The translations under genes were made by a program, and so were the position numbers. The notes under the pieces were generated by a model, which did no database searches, was not told the origin of the DNA, and worked only from the letters and a program-made list of their open reading frames with translations. From an uncultured Planctomycetota bacterium (GTDB taxonomy: Bacteria; Planctomycetota; Planctomycetia; Gemmatales; Gemmataceae), in assembly GCA_963849325.1 (NCBI GenBank), contig CAWKHF010000002.1, positions 32,001 through 96,000 on the forward strand: a stretch of DNA of 64,000 bases, read 5' to 3'. Below are positions 46,965-56,849 of the stretch, in pieces (position 1 is the stretch's first letter; every line of letters starts with the position of its first letter).

Positions 46965-48491
46965 CTAAATCTCGGCCCCCATGTCGTACTGCTGCTCGTC
47001 CTCGCGGACGCCGCCCATGCCGGCGCCGATCGTGCGGTAGTCCTCAACCACGTCGATGGAGCGCAGGAACTTGACCATCTTGAAGCCCAACTTGGTCTCG
47101 AACCGCACCCGTACCGGGGCGCCGCTCTGGATCGGCAACTCCTGACCGTTCAACTCATAAGCCAGGATGGATTGGGCATGCCGCCCGATGTCCAGGCTGA
47201 CGCATTCGTAATAGATCTTGTCGCTCTTTTCGTGCTTGGCGAACGACGTGAACACCAGGTAGCGCGCGCCGGGCAACGGTTTGCAGCGCTCGAGGACGTC
47301 CCGCAGCGGGACGCCGCCCCATCGGCCGACCGAGGTCCAGCCCTGGATGCAGTGGTGCAAGGTCGTCTGCTCCTGCTTGGGCAGGGCGCGCAATTCTTTC
47401 AGCGACAGTTTCAGCGGTCGCTCGACCATTCCCTTTATTTCCAGCTGGTAGTCGGCGAACTGATTGCGCAGCAGACGCTCGTAGGCGTCATCGTCGCCCT
47501 TGGCCTGCGGATAGGCGGAGATCGGTGGATAGCCGTTGGTCCGAAAATAGGGTGAAATGTCCTTCTCGGAATATTCCTGCGCCGAGTTCAGGTTGTGTAG
47601 CAGCATCTCCCGGATCGGACCGACGAGGGAAGAGAGCAGGACGTGGACGCGATGCTTGGCCGTCCGGGAGAAGTGACTGGCGGCCACGTGAATCAGCACG
47701 ATGGTCGTGAGAATACTCAATCCCAGCAACACGCCCAGCCAACTCCCTTCCGAGTGCGGCTCATTCAGCACCTGCTTGTCCATCTCCTTGGCGAATCCAT
47801 GCCAGAATACCATGATAATGTGAATCACGGCATACATGCCGATCATCACCAGGCCAATAAAGTGCAGGCTGCGCGCCGCCTGCCGATTGCCGAACAGTCG
47901 GCCGTACCATGGGAAGCGCCCAGGATCGACGGCGATTGGGCCAGGCCGGTCAGGATCTGGAAGGGAACCAGGAAAAAGATGAACCCGAAATAGGTGAGCT
48001 GTTGCAGGGAGTTGAACGGCAGGTAGCCGGGAGCGTAGCAGAACCTCGGATCCTCGGGTTCGGGTACGCCGAACTGGAGATACTCGATCATCGTCCGCCA
48101 GGCACAGGGAAAGATCTCCCACGAACGTCGGCACCAATCGCCGCCACTGATCGGACGTAAACAGAACAAGGAGATAAGCCAGTCCGACAATCAGCCAGCA
48201 GAAGGCGTCGAAGAAGTGCCAGTAGCGGCCCAGACCCAGCCCCTCGCCTCCCGGCAGCGTCAGCCAGCCGGGCCAGTGTTTCTCCTCGTCGGAGGAACAC
48301 CACATCTGATCGGTCGGGAGCTTGCGGCGCAGAAGATCCAGCCATTCGCTGCCCGGCCGAGCGTCGATGTTCCAGTAGAGTTTGGGGTGCGCCGCCAGGA
48401 TCGCCAGGCCGCTGCGAGCGATGAGGGTGATAAACAGGAGGTTGAACCAGTGCGTCAGCCGCACGCCGAGAGGGAAGCCAAGCTCGTCCAT
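46965..48491 (-). CDS. Molybdopterin-dependent oxidoreductase (MsrP/YedY-like) fused to an N-terminal cytochrome b domain (two compensating frameshifts)
   Basis: VRLTHWFN, RYWHF, ARSLHF..HI; HHCIQGWTSVGRWGG, LAYELNG, GAPVRVR..KLGFKMVK. Confidence 0.88.
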   Translation of the reverse strand: MDELGFPLGVRLTHWFNLLFITLIARSGLAILAAHPKLYWNIDARPGSEWLDLLRRKLPTDQMWCSSDEEKHWPGWLTLPGGEGLGLGRYWHFFDAFCWLIVGLAYLLVLFTSDQWRRLVPTFVGDLSLCLADDDRVSPVRRTRTRGSEVLLRSRLPAVQLPATAHLFRVHLFPGSLPDPDRPGPIAVDPGRFPWYGRLFGNRQAARSLHFIGLVMIGMYAVIHIIMVFWHGFAKEMDKQVLNEPHSEGSWLGVLLGLSILTTIVLIHVAASHFSRTAKHRVHVLLSSLVGPIREMLLHNLNSAQEYSEKDISPYFRTNGYPPISAYPQAKGDDDAYERLLRNQFADYQLEIKGMVERPLKLSLKELRALPKQEQTTLHHCIQGWTSVGRWGGVPLRDVLERCKPLPGARYLVFTSFAKHEKSDKIYYECVSLDIGRHAQSILAYELNGQELPIQSGAPVRVRFETKLGFKMVKFLRSIDVVEDYRTIGAGMGGVREDEQQYDMGAEI

Positions 48492-48585
48492 ATCGTCTCT
48501 ACTCTCTTTGCCCGGCCGGGCGAACGCGCCGGAACCGATTCCGGGCGAACGGCGAAAGGTGTCGTCGAAAGGGCGTCCACGGCGT

Positions 48586-49137
48586 TCAGCGCACAGCTCG
48601 CTTGCCTCGGAGTGGCCATGCTGGAACAAACAGACGACCAGCTTGCCCAGGGCGCACTCCGAGAGATGGCCGAGCAGGTTGATCCAGCGAACCACGCCTT
48701 GAAGACGCCGCTCCCTGTCCACGACCGCGACGCCAGCGTCGGCGAACCTGTCCAACAGAGACGTCGAGCTTATCGTCGGCCGCGACCGTCGGCACATCGG
48801 TCTTCATCAACTCGCCAACCGTCAGACGCTCCATCTGGCCGGCGCGGTCGGCCACGGCCAGCGCCAAGGTGCGATCCGTCAGGAAGCCGAGAAGCCGACC
48901 GTCGGAGACAACGAAGACCGCCGAGAATGCCGAATCGCGGAGGGTCCGCGCACCTTCGGCGGCGGAGGCGTTGGGAGCACACGTAGGTATCTGCCGCGAC
49001 ATCACGTCCGCGATCTTGAGCATGGGATTGAGCAGGTCCGACTCCTTCACGAGCGGGACCGGATGAGGATACGACCAGGGCGATGGCTCCATGTTCCAGT
49101 GATGGGGCTTCTGCCATTGATTGGTGTCCACGGACAC
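48586..49137 (-). CDS. CBS domain protein (frameshifted; 3' end uncertain)
   Basis: GGAGGAG RBS plus GTG; KIADVMSR, VVSDGRLLGFLTDR, TVGELMKTDV, VVDRERRLQGVV. Confidence 0.7.
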   Translation of the reverse strand: MSVDTNQWQKPHHWNMEPSPWSYPHPVPLVKESDLLNPMLKIADVMSRQIPTCAPNASAAEGARTLRDSAFSAVFVVSDGRLLGFLTDRTLALAVADRAGQMERLTVGELMKTDVPTVAADDKLDVSVGQVRRRWRRGRGQGAASSRRGSLDQPARPSLGVRPGQAGRLFVPAWPLRGKRAVR

Positions 49138-49215
49138 GGCTAACTCCTCCCGAGGAAGAATGGACGAGTGGCAAGTCGCGGCGAAGCGAGGACCGAACCG
49201 TAACCGATTTAATCC

Positions 49216-49231
49216 AGCAAGGGTCATGCCA
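49216..49231 (-). promoter_or_regulatory. sigma54 -24/-12 promoter
   Basis: Minus strand TGGCATGACCCTTGCT about 80 bp upstream of the CBS gene. Confidence 0.7.
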
Positions 49232-49424
49232 AGGGCGCGTCCCGGAAGAACTTTGGTTTCGCGGCGACTCGGCGGGTCGCCACGAAACGATTCATTCCTG
49301 GAGGATCGAGCCGAATCTTTCCAGCCGGCCTTCGGGATCGCGTCTGCCCTTCCCCGACGAAAATGCCTATCATAACTCGCACCCGGCCAAGTACTTTGGA
49401 CAATCGCCGGATGAGGGAGCCTTC

Positions 49425-50753
49425 ATGGCGGAAATGCGTCGATTCACTCTGACGGATGGCCTGCTGCTGGTCGCGGTCATCGCGCTGGCCGCGGGGACAC
49501 GCACCGGCTATTTGATGTCCTGTGCCGACAACGCCCGCAGCGCCGGACCCCTGGCTGTTGAGACGGCGCCGCCGGAGTTGGAAACGCTGGTTCGCAACTT
49601 CAAGGACGGCCAGCGCTTCGCCAGCCGTTCTCCCTTCCGCGCCGAGGAGGAGGAGACGGCCCACGTGTCGCCCGGCTATCCCTGGCTGATGACGGGCGTC
49701 GCCCACCTCGTCGAGGCCTCGGTCCTGCCCGGCACGATGCGCTGGCTCCAGTGCGGACTGGGCGCGCTGACGGCCGGACTTTATTTCCTGTTCGCCCGGC
49801 GGGCGTTCCGCAGTCCCCTCGTCGCCGCCGTGGCCGGCTTGCTGGCGGCGCTGCACCCCTTCTGGATCCTCGATACGGCGGCGCTGGCGGACGGTGTCAT
49901 AGCGACATTCCTGTTGGCCCTGGCTGTGTTCCTCGGCTCGCGGGCCGCTCAGACGAGCGGCCCCCTCACCAGCCTGCTTTACGGTCTGTCTCTGGCGGCG
50001 CTGGCCCTGGTGCGGGCGGCGCTGTTGCCGTTCGCCTTCGTGGCCCTGGCCTGGTTCCTGCTGCGCAGCCGGACCTTGACCCGCGGTTGGTTGTGTGCCC
50101 TGCTGGCCTTCCTCGGCTTCATCAATGGCCTGGCTCCCTGGACCTTCCGCAACTGGCAGCTGTACGGCGAACCGCTGCCGATCGTCGATTCGACCTGGTA
50201 TCACCTGTGGATCGGCAACAACCCGCACGCCACGGGAGGCCCGGCGAAGGAAGAGATGATGCGCGACGCGCCGGCCGACGAGTTGGCCCAGATCCCACGA
50301 GCGATGGATCGTTACGCTCGCCTGGGCGGCCTGGTCCGGCAAGAGGTCCACGATCGCCCCGCCGAGACGGTGCGGCGCCGCCTGCGGGCGGGGCTCGATT
50401 TCCTCTTCGGCGAACGCTGGTTCGCGGACGGGGGGCTCGCCGAACACACCAGTTCGGAAGAGTCCATGCCCACCTGGTTGGCGTGGTCGTATCCCCTGGT
50501 GCTCGAAAGTACGCTGCTGGGCCTGATCGTGCTGGGACTGCTCGGCTGGCGCTGGACGTATGGCTGGCGCTGGAGTGCGATGCCGTCCGCGCTGGTCGTG
50601 GTCTGGGTGCCTCTGCCGTACATCCTCGGTCATGCCGGGGCGTTGTCGGGTCCGCGTTTGCCGCTGGATGGCGTGTTGCTGTGTTACGCGGCGTTTGCAC
50701 TGGTGTGCCTGTTTCCCGGGGCCGGGCGCCCTCTTTCGGAGCCTGAAGCGTAA
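49425..50753 (+). CDS. GT-C fold (ArnT/PMT-like) membrane glycosyltransferase
   Basis: TAHVSPGYP, many TM helices, ALVR, PWTFRN, LWIGNNP. Confidence 0.75.
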   Translation: MAEMRRFTLTDGLLLVAVIALAAGTRTGYLMSCADNARSAGPLAVETAPPELETLVRNFKDGQRFASRSPFRAEEEETAHVSPGYPWLMTGVAHLVEASVLPGTMRWLQCGLGALTAGLYFLFARRAFRSPLVAAVAGLLAALHPFWILDTAALADGVIATFLLALAVFLGSRAAQTSGPLTSLLYGLSLAALALVRAALLPFAFVALAWFLLRSRTLTRGWLCALLAFLGFINGLAPWTFRNWQLYGEPLPIVDSTWYHLWIGNNPHATGGPAKEEMMRDAPADELAQIPRAMDRYARLGGLVRQEVHDRPAETVRRRLRAGLDFLFGERWFADGGLAEHTSSEESMPTWLAWSYPLVLESTLLGLIVLGLLGWRWTYGWRWSAMPSALVVVWVPLPYILGHAGALSGPRLPLDGVLLCYAAFALVCLFPGAGRPLSEPEA

Positions 50754-50790
50754 GCGAAGGAATGTCCTTGTTCGCTTACGCTTCAGGCTC
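50739..50790. repeat. REP-like palindrome (GAGCCTGAAGCGTAAGCGAA family), copy 2; supplies last codons and stop of upstream gene
   Basis: Arms match those at 1643-1695. Confidence 0.85.
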
Positions 50791-50825
50791 GGGCAGGAAC
50801 TGGCCCTCCTTTTGTCGAAATCTGT

Positions 50826-50854
50826 TTGCAATCGAGGACTCGACGGCATAGCAT
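50826..50854 (+). promoter_or_regulatory. sigma70-type promoter
   Basis: TTGCAA-N17-TAGCAT. Confidence 0.5.
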
Positions 50855-51089
50855 GTTGGTGGGCAATGCTGGATGCCGCCCCTACCCCCCGCGACATCCG
50901 TAAACCTGCCAACGTTTGCTACCTGCCAACCTCTCGCCCTCGGACCTCGCCAGCGGAGTCGGTGTCAGACCTCCGTCGAAGTCGGGGTCCATCCCGGCCC
51001 TCTCCGGGCGAGAGCCGCCGGGCCCGACGGTGTTTCGATCCCACCTGTACCGACGACCCACCGGCTCCACAGTCGAACGAGAGGAGCCT

Positions 51090-52919
51090 ATGCGATTCGA
51101 CTCTCGCCATCCCGCCGTCCTGAAGGGCCACGCGCTGCGGAACGCCCATCTGCGCAAACGCGCCCTGCGCCGCGCCGAAACGGCCCCGCCGCTGGCTCGC
51201 CTTCTCGTCACCATCCGGGCGCAGGTTCTCGGCCTGACACGCCTGGAACTGGCCCGCCGCTCCGGCATCAGTCGGGGCACCCTGCGCGACCTGGAGCTGG
51301 GCATCCACACGCCGACTCGACGAATCTTGCAGCAGTTCCTCGCCTTCTGCCAGCGTGCCGGCGTGCCGGACGAGCATCTGGAGCAGCTGCGCCGCCTCTA
51401 CGCTGGGGCGGGCGACACGCTGGAACAATTTATCGCGCGTCTGGAGTTGCGCGCCGGCTCGTCGCGCGAGTTGGCCCGGCGCGTCGGCATCAGTGCGGCG
51501 ACGCTGTGGGAGTATCGGCGCGGCAACTTCCCGCTGCCGCTGGCGCTATTGCGGCAGATGTGTGCCGCGGTCGGCCAGGACGCCGGCCCGGCGGAGATCC
51601 TCTGGCACGAGGCCGAACGGCAGCGCCTGCGCCAGCGCGGTTATCCGGAGGCGCTGGCCGAGTTCTGGGTGCTGTGCGGCCGCGCCGGCTGCACCGAGAA
51701 GCACCTGCTGTCGTTGGGCCTGAGCAGCGCGACGGTGCGCCGGCTGCGTTACCTGGAGCTGCCGGCCTGGCACGAAGTGGTCGAGGCGGCCCGGCGACTG
51801 TGCCGGGACGACGAGTTGGCGGCGCTCGAACGGCTGTGGCGCGGCGCCGAAAAAGCCCGGCCGGAGCGCTCTCCAGACGAGTTCGGCCCTCGCTTGCAGC
51901 AGTTCCGCAAACAACACGGCATCGACCGCCGCGAACTGGCCGACCTGTTCGGCATCGGCGGCAAGAAGCCGGCCCGCATCATCAAGTACATCGAGGAGGA
52001 CGGCTTTTATTCGGCCCAGGCATACCCGGCCGGTCTCGTCGCCCTGCTGGCGCCGGGCGCCGCCGACCGCGCCGCTCTCCTCGACGCCTGGCAGGAGCGC
52101 CGCACCCAGTTTCATCGCCGTCATCGTCCCGAGACGCGCATTGACCTGCGGTTGGCGCGCGAGCTGTACGGCTTCGAGCCGCGCGACATGGAGTCGATCC
52201 TGGGTTATTCCTCGCTGGAGTATCAGAAGATCGAGCGCGGCGTGCAAACCCTGGCGGACACCGCCCGCGAGCGCATTCGTCACGCCATCCACCAGGCCGG
52301 CCAGCGTCGCGTCGAGGCCCTGTTGCAACACCGCCGGCAGTGCGAGGCGGAGCGGGCCGCCTGGCAATGTCCGCCCTCGGTGCCGGCGCTGGTCACCCTC
52401 CTGGCCCGCCGCGAAGGCGGCCTGATCCCCCTGTCGCGTTATCTCAAGCGGGCCAATCTCAAAGGCCTGTGGACGGCCCGGCTGCGCGCCATCGCTCGCG
52501 GCGACGAAGTCCCGCCGTGGTGCGTACTGGAACAGATCGCCCGCGCCGGCGACGTTGCGGAGTGGGACGACCTGCGCGAAGACTGGAGGAAGCGCTATCG
52601 CCGGCACCTGGAGGCGCGCTATGCGTCGCCCCTGGCGGTGGAGCTGCGCCTGCTGATCGGCGAGACGGCCGAGTCGTTGCGCGATTTCAGCCCGCGACTG
52701 GGATTCAATTACTCCGTGCTCGTCCGCGATCTGCAGCGGATCGACCGCGATGACTTCGTGAAGTGGTTCCACGTCGAGCGGATCGCGCGGGCGGCCGGTC
52801 TGCCGGCCGAGGACGAGCGCTGGCGGGAAATCCACGCCCTCTGGCGCACGGCCAGTGATCGCAAGAAACCGTCGCCGCCGTCGCATCGCTGGGCCGCCTC
52901 CGCCGCCCGCCAGGATTGA
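51090..52919 (+). CDS. Multi-domain XRE-family helix-turn-helix protein (about 609 aa)
   Basis: GAGGAG RBS; repeated HTH units such as GLTRLELARRSGISRGTLRDLELG and SRELARRVGISAATLWEYRRG. Confidence 0.8.
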   Translation: MRFDSRHPAVLKGHALRNAHLRKRALRRAETAPPLARLLVTIRAQVLGLTRLELARRSGISRGTLRDLELGIHTPTRRILQQFLAFCQRAGVPDEHLEQLRRLYAGAGDTLEQFIARLELRAGSSRELARRVGISAATLWEYRRGNFPLPLALLRQMCAAVGQDAGPAEILWHEAERQRLRQRGYPEALAEFWVLCGRAGCTEKHLLSLGLSSATVRRLRYLELPAWHEVVEAARRLCRDDELAALERLWRGAEKARPERSPDEFGPRLQQFRKQHGIDRRELADLFGIGGKKPARIIKYIEEDGFYSAQAYPAGLVALLAPGAADRAALLDAWQERRTQFHRRHRPETRIDLRLARELYGFEPRDMESILGYSSLEYQKIERGVQTLADTARERIRHAIHQAGQRRVEALLQHRRQCEAERAAWQCPPSVPALVTLLARREGGLIPLSRYLKRANLKGLWTARLRAIARGDEVPPWCVLEQIARAGDVAEWDDLREDWRKRYRRHLEARYASPLAVELRLLIGETAESLRDFSPRLGFNYSVLVRDLQRIDRDDFVKWFHVERIARAAGLPAEDERWREIHALWRTASDRKKPSPPSHRWAASAARQD

Positions 52920-53007
52920 CGCCGCGCGCTGGCAACGCCGAGTGAATCCCTACAATGGCTGCGTTCGTCCGTCCTTCACCGGCTTTCTCGATCTCCGCGG
53001 TGTGCGC

Positions 53008-53241
53008 ATGATTAGTAAAGAGCTTCTCGACATCCTTCGCTGTCCCCTGGACCCCGGTCACACAGCCCGGTTGGACCAGGAAGCGGATGGCCTGGTGTGC
53101 CAGCGCTGCCGGCTCAAGTTCCCCATCAAGGAAGGCATCCCCTGCATGTTGATCGAGGAGGCGGAGCTGCCGCCCGGCGCGGCCGGCCTGCAAGCCTTAC
53201 CCTGCCAGCAGGCGCCCGTCGCCCAGGGGGCGCAAGGATGA
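53008..53241 (+). CDS. Trm112 family protein
   Basis: LLDILRCP..LVCQRCRLKFPIKEGIPCML. Confidence 0.9.
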   Translation: MISKELLDILRCPLDPGHTARLDQEADGLVCQRCRLKFPIKEGIPCMLIEEAELPPGAAGLQALPCQQAPVAQGAQG

Positions 53242-54215
53242 TCGCTCATCGTCTCTACGTCGGCACCATTGGCGAGGGCATGTTCCGCAGTCTCGACGGC
53301 GGCGAGACGTTCCGCCGCGCCTGCGAGAACATGTTCGTCGAGTGTCACGTCCGTGCCCTGGCCGTGCATCCGCGGCGGCCGGACACCCTCTATCTCGGCA
53401 GCGAACAGGGACTGTACGTCAGCACGGACGGCGCCGACAACTGGAGCCGGCTGCCGGCGCCGCTGGACGGTTTGCAAGTGTGGTCATTGTGGATCGTGCC
53501 GCAGCGTCCCGAGGTCCTCCTCGTCGGCACCTGTCCCGCGCGCTTGTTCCGTTCGGAAGACGGTGGGCGGACGTGGAGCGAAGCCGAGGCAAATTTGGAG
53601 CGCGAATGTCCGCGTTTGCTGTGGACGCGCGTCACCGGCATCGTCGGCGATCCGGCAAACCCGGATCGGCTGTGGGCCGGTGTCGAGATCGATGGCGTAC
53701 ACCACAGCCGCGACGGCGGACGCACCTGGCAGCCGATCGGCAGTGGACTCAGCTCGCGCGACATCCACGCCATCGTGATTGTGCCCGGCCACGGGGGCAA
53801 GCCGCGGCGTTTGCTGGCCGCGACAAACAACGATTTGAACGTCAGTGAGGACGACGGCGTCACCTGGCGGCCGTTGCAAATTGGGCAGTCGATGCCGTGG
53901 TCCTACTGTCGCACACTGGCCCAGCCGTGCGGCCGGCCCGACGTGATCTTGCTGGGCAACGGCGACTTCCCGCCTGGCTCGGCCGGCGTCGTCGGGCGTT
54001 CCGTCGATGGCGGCACCACCTGGCAACTCGCCGACATGCCCGGCCGGGCCAACAGCACGATCTGGAACTTCGCCGTCCACCCCGCCGACCCACAGATGAT
54101 TTACGCCAGCAGCGTCAGCGGCCAGGTCTATCGTTCCCTTGACGGCGGCGTGTCCTGGCGCCGACTCGCGCGCGAGTTCGGCGAGGTCCGGGCGCTGGCG
54201 TGGGCGCCGGCGTGA
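53238..54215 (+). CDS. BNR/Asp-box beta-propeller protein
   Basis: Seven S.DGG.TW-type Asp-box repeats; ATGA overlap with upstream gene. Confidence 0.85.
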   Translation: MIAHRLYVGTIGEGMFRSLDGGETFRRACENMFVECHVRALAVHPRRPDTLYLGSEQGLYVSTDGADNWSRLPAPLDGLQVWSLWIVPQRPEVLLVGTCPARLFRSEDGGRTWSEAEANLERECPRLLWTRVTGIVGDPANPDRLWAGVEIDGVHHSRDGGRTWQPIGSGLSSRDIHAIVIVPGHGGKPRRLLAATNNDLNVSEDDGVTWRPLQIGQSMPWSYCRTLAQPCGRPDVILLGNGDFPPGSAGVVGRSVDGGTTWQLADMPGRANSTIWNFAVHPADPQMIYASSVSGQVYRSLDGGVSWRRLAREFGEVRALAWAPA

Positions 54216-54220
54216 GGCGA

Positions 54221-54290
54221 AGGGCGAACGGCCGGCGTAAGCCGGCTGGTGGGGCCAAAAACCAGCCGGCTTACGCCGGCCGTTCGCCCT
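54221..54290. repeat. REP-like palindrome (GGCGAACGGCCGGCGTAAGCCGGCTGGT family), copy 1
   Basis: 30-bp perfect arms; related copy at 62756-62823 and a degenerate half near 37530. Confidence 0.9.
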
Positions 54291-54296
54291 CAAAGT

Positions 54297-56060
54297 TCAA
54301 AATTCCATCTCGCGCAGTGTGCGGATGCCGGCGCAGCGGCAGAACGACGCTCACCACGCCGATCCCCAGACCGATCGCCGTCCCGGCGGCCGCGGCGCCC
54401 CCAATTACGCCCGACAGGCTCGAATCGGCCTCGACCAGCATCGTCCGCGCATGCCACGGAGCGGCCATCAAGCCGAGGATCACCAACAGAAACAACAGAC
54501 TCGCCACCAGGTTCAAGGTGCCGCCAAAGCCGGCGGCGATCTTCGACGGATCGGTCTCGCGGAAGTTCGGCATGCACGCGCCCAGGCCGACGCTCAGGCC
54601 GCTCAGTCCCGCCGCCAGCACCGCCACCGTCAACACGTGCAACAGCACCACCTCGACCGGCATCCGCAACATCATGTCGCTCACCAGCACCAAAAACTCG
54701 GCGATCAGCAGGCCGCCTGTCGTGGCGAAGGCGAATTTGCCCCACAACAGCTGTTCGCGCCGCACCGGCAGCAGACCGAGGATCCAGAACTTGCGCCCCT
54801 CCAGGCTCAGCATCGGATAGACGAACCGTCCCGTGTAGGTACACAACAGCAGGGCGACGGCGCACAGGTTGAGGAAGCTGATACTGTTCTGATAGGGAGC
54901 TTCCAGGTTCTCGACGAAACGGCGGATGTTTGTGAAATACAGCAGCATCAGACCGCAAAAGACCAGGACTTGTCCCCACTGCTGCGGATCGCGGCGGAAG
55001 GTGCGGAAGTCCTTGACGATCAACAGTCGTGTGCTGGGGTGGAGGAAGGGCAGCGCCGCGACGAGCACTCGGTCGATCCAGGCGCCGGCGTAGGCGCCGG
55101 AGCGGCGGCGGTCTTCGGGACGGCGGCGCGGCGCGTGCTCGCCCCGGTTATCATGCGATTGTATCCGCGCCGATACAGCCACGACGACGATTGGGCCGCC
55201 AACAGATACAGTAGTAGTCCGTTGCTCCACACCAGGGCCAGGTAGTACAGCGAGCCGGCCACGTCCTGGCGCACGGATCGCCGCAGTCCGACCGAGACCC
55301 AATGGCTCGGCGCCAGCGGACTGCCGGTGAAGCGAAAGTGACTCAGCAGGCGCGTGACGGCCTCGCGCGTCTCGCGCTGCCACAGCTCCGACGAGGACGA
55401 CTTGCCCATACGGTAGATCCACAAGCCCAGCGCGAGCGCGAGCAAAACGAGACACATCGCCAGCACTTGCTTGCGTCCCCGAGGGACGTAATTGACGAGG
55501 AGCAGGGCGAACAGCCCCCCCAGCGAACCCGGCAACAGCACGAAGCCGAGGAAGAACAGCGGCAACAGCGCGTAGAAGTGCCACGGCGCCTCACAGGCCA
55601 GACCGTAGGCAATGAGGATGGGTCCACCCAGCAGCAGAAAGGCCCAGCTGCTGAACGCCACCGCTCCCTGGAACTTGTAGGCGAACACCTGGTCGGCCGC
55701 GACTGGCCGGGACAGCAGGAAGTTCGTTTCCGCCGAGGTGAACAGGCTGCCATACAAGATCAGCCCGCTGGAAAAGATCAGCAAAAGGGCCAGCGACAAA
55801 AACAGCAGGTCGAGCAGGATGCCGACGATGCCGCCCTCCAGCGGCACGCCAATCTCTTTCTTGAGGAACGTGAAGCCGCCCAGGCTGACGGAGAAAACGA
55901 ACACCCAGACGATGACGCTGCACAGCAGAATGGTCAGCGGCCGCATGGATGACTGCCCGAACAGCTGCCGCCACGAATTGCGCAACAGCCGCCAGCGCAG
56001 TCTCTGAAACAACAAGGCCTGGTTAACCGGCCGGTCGGCGTCCATCCATTCCCCCACCAT
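54297..56060 (-). CDS. Putative ABC exporter permease (frameshifted)
   Basis: SLFTSAETNFLLSRPV, KDFRTFRRDPQQWGQ, SLEGRKFWILGLLP; probable end LREMEF*. Confidence 0.8.
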
Positions 56061-56824
56061 CACCTTGTCACCCGGTCATCCGTCGTCGTCGGAGCCTGGT
56101 CCTCCAACGCTCGGGTCAGGGTCAGAAACACGTCTTCGAGCGAGCCATCCACGGCGGCCTGGTCGCGCAGCGCCTTGAGGCTGCCGCAGGCGACGAGCCG
56201 GCCGTGCTCGATGATGGCGATGCGATCGGCCAGCTCCTCCACCACGTCGAGCGAGTGCGACGACAGGAACACGGTTGTGCCGCGGTCGGCCTGGCGGCGC
56301 AGCAGGTCTTTGAGACGACGGACGCTGTGTGGGTCGAGTCCGACCGTCGGCTCATCGACGATGAGGATGCGCGGTTCGTGGACCAGCGCCGAAGCGAACA
56401 CGGTGCGCTGCCTCATGCCGTGCGAGTAACGCTCGGTCAAGTCATCCACGAATTCGTGCAGCTCAAACAGCTCGATGACCTCGGCAATGCGTTCCGCCGT
56501 CTGTGTCCGCGTCAGGCCATACATGTCGGCGATGAACTGCAGGAACTCGCGGCCGGTCAGCTTCTCATACAGGAAGGGCTGGTCCGGGACATAGCTGAGC
56601 AGCCGGCGCGCACGGTCGCCGTCGTGGCGCAGGTCGTGGCCGCCAAGGAGTACCGACCCGGACGTGGGGAACAGTAGGCCGCACATCATCTTGATGGTAG
56701 TCGTCTTGCCGGCACCGTTGGGACCGAGGAAAGCGAACAGCTCGCCCGCCGGAATGTCCAGGCTCAGTTCGTGGACGGCCGTCTTGTTGCCGTACTGTTT
56801 GGTGACGCGATCCAGTTTGATCAT
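56060..56824 (-). CDS. ABC transporter ATP-binding protein
   Basis: GPNGAGKTT, YSHGMRQR, ILIVDEP, SSH. Confidence 0.95.
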   Translation of the reverse strand: MIKLDRVTKQYGNKTAVHELSLDIPAGELFAFLGPNGAGKTTTIKMMCGLLFPTSGSVLLGGHDLRHDGDRARRLLSYVPDQPFLYEKLTGREFLQFIADMYGLTRTQTAERIAEVIELFELHEFVDDLTERYSHGMRQRTVFASALVHEPRILIVDEPTVGLDPHSVRRLKDLLRRQADRGTTVFLSSHSLDVVEELADRIAIIEHGRLVACGSLKALRDQAAVDGSLEDVFLTLTRALEDQAPTTTDDRVTR

Positions 56825-56849
56825 GGTTCGTTCCGGCGACGGTCGAGAG

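Noticed and set aside
51026-51070. tRNA/tmRNA 3'-end-like text (TTCGATCCCACC...CCGGCTCCAC) as an attachment site or RNA gene
   Set aside because: No cloverleaf or CCA end, T-arm pairing is imperfect, and no integrase nearby
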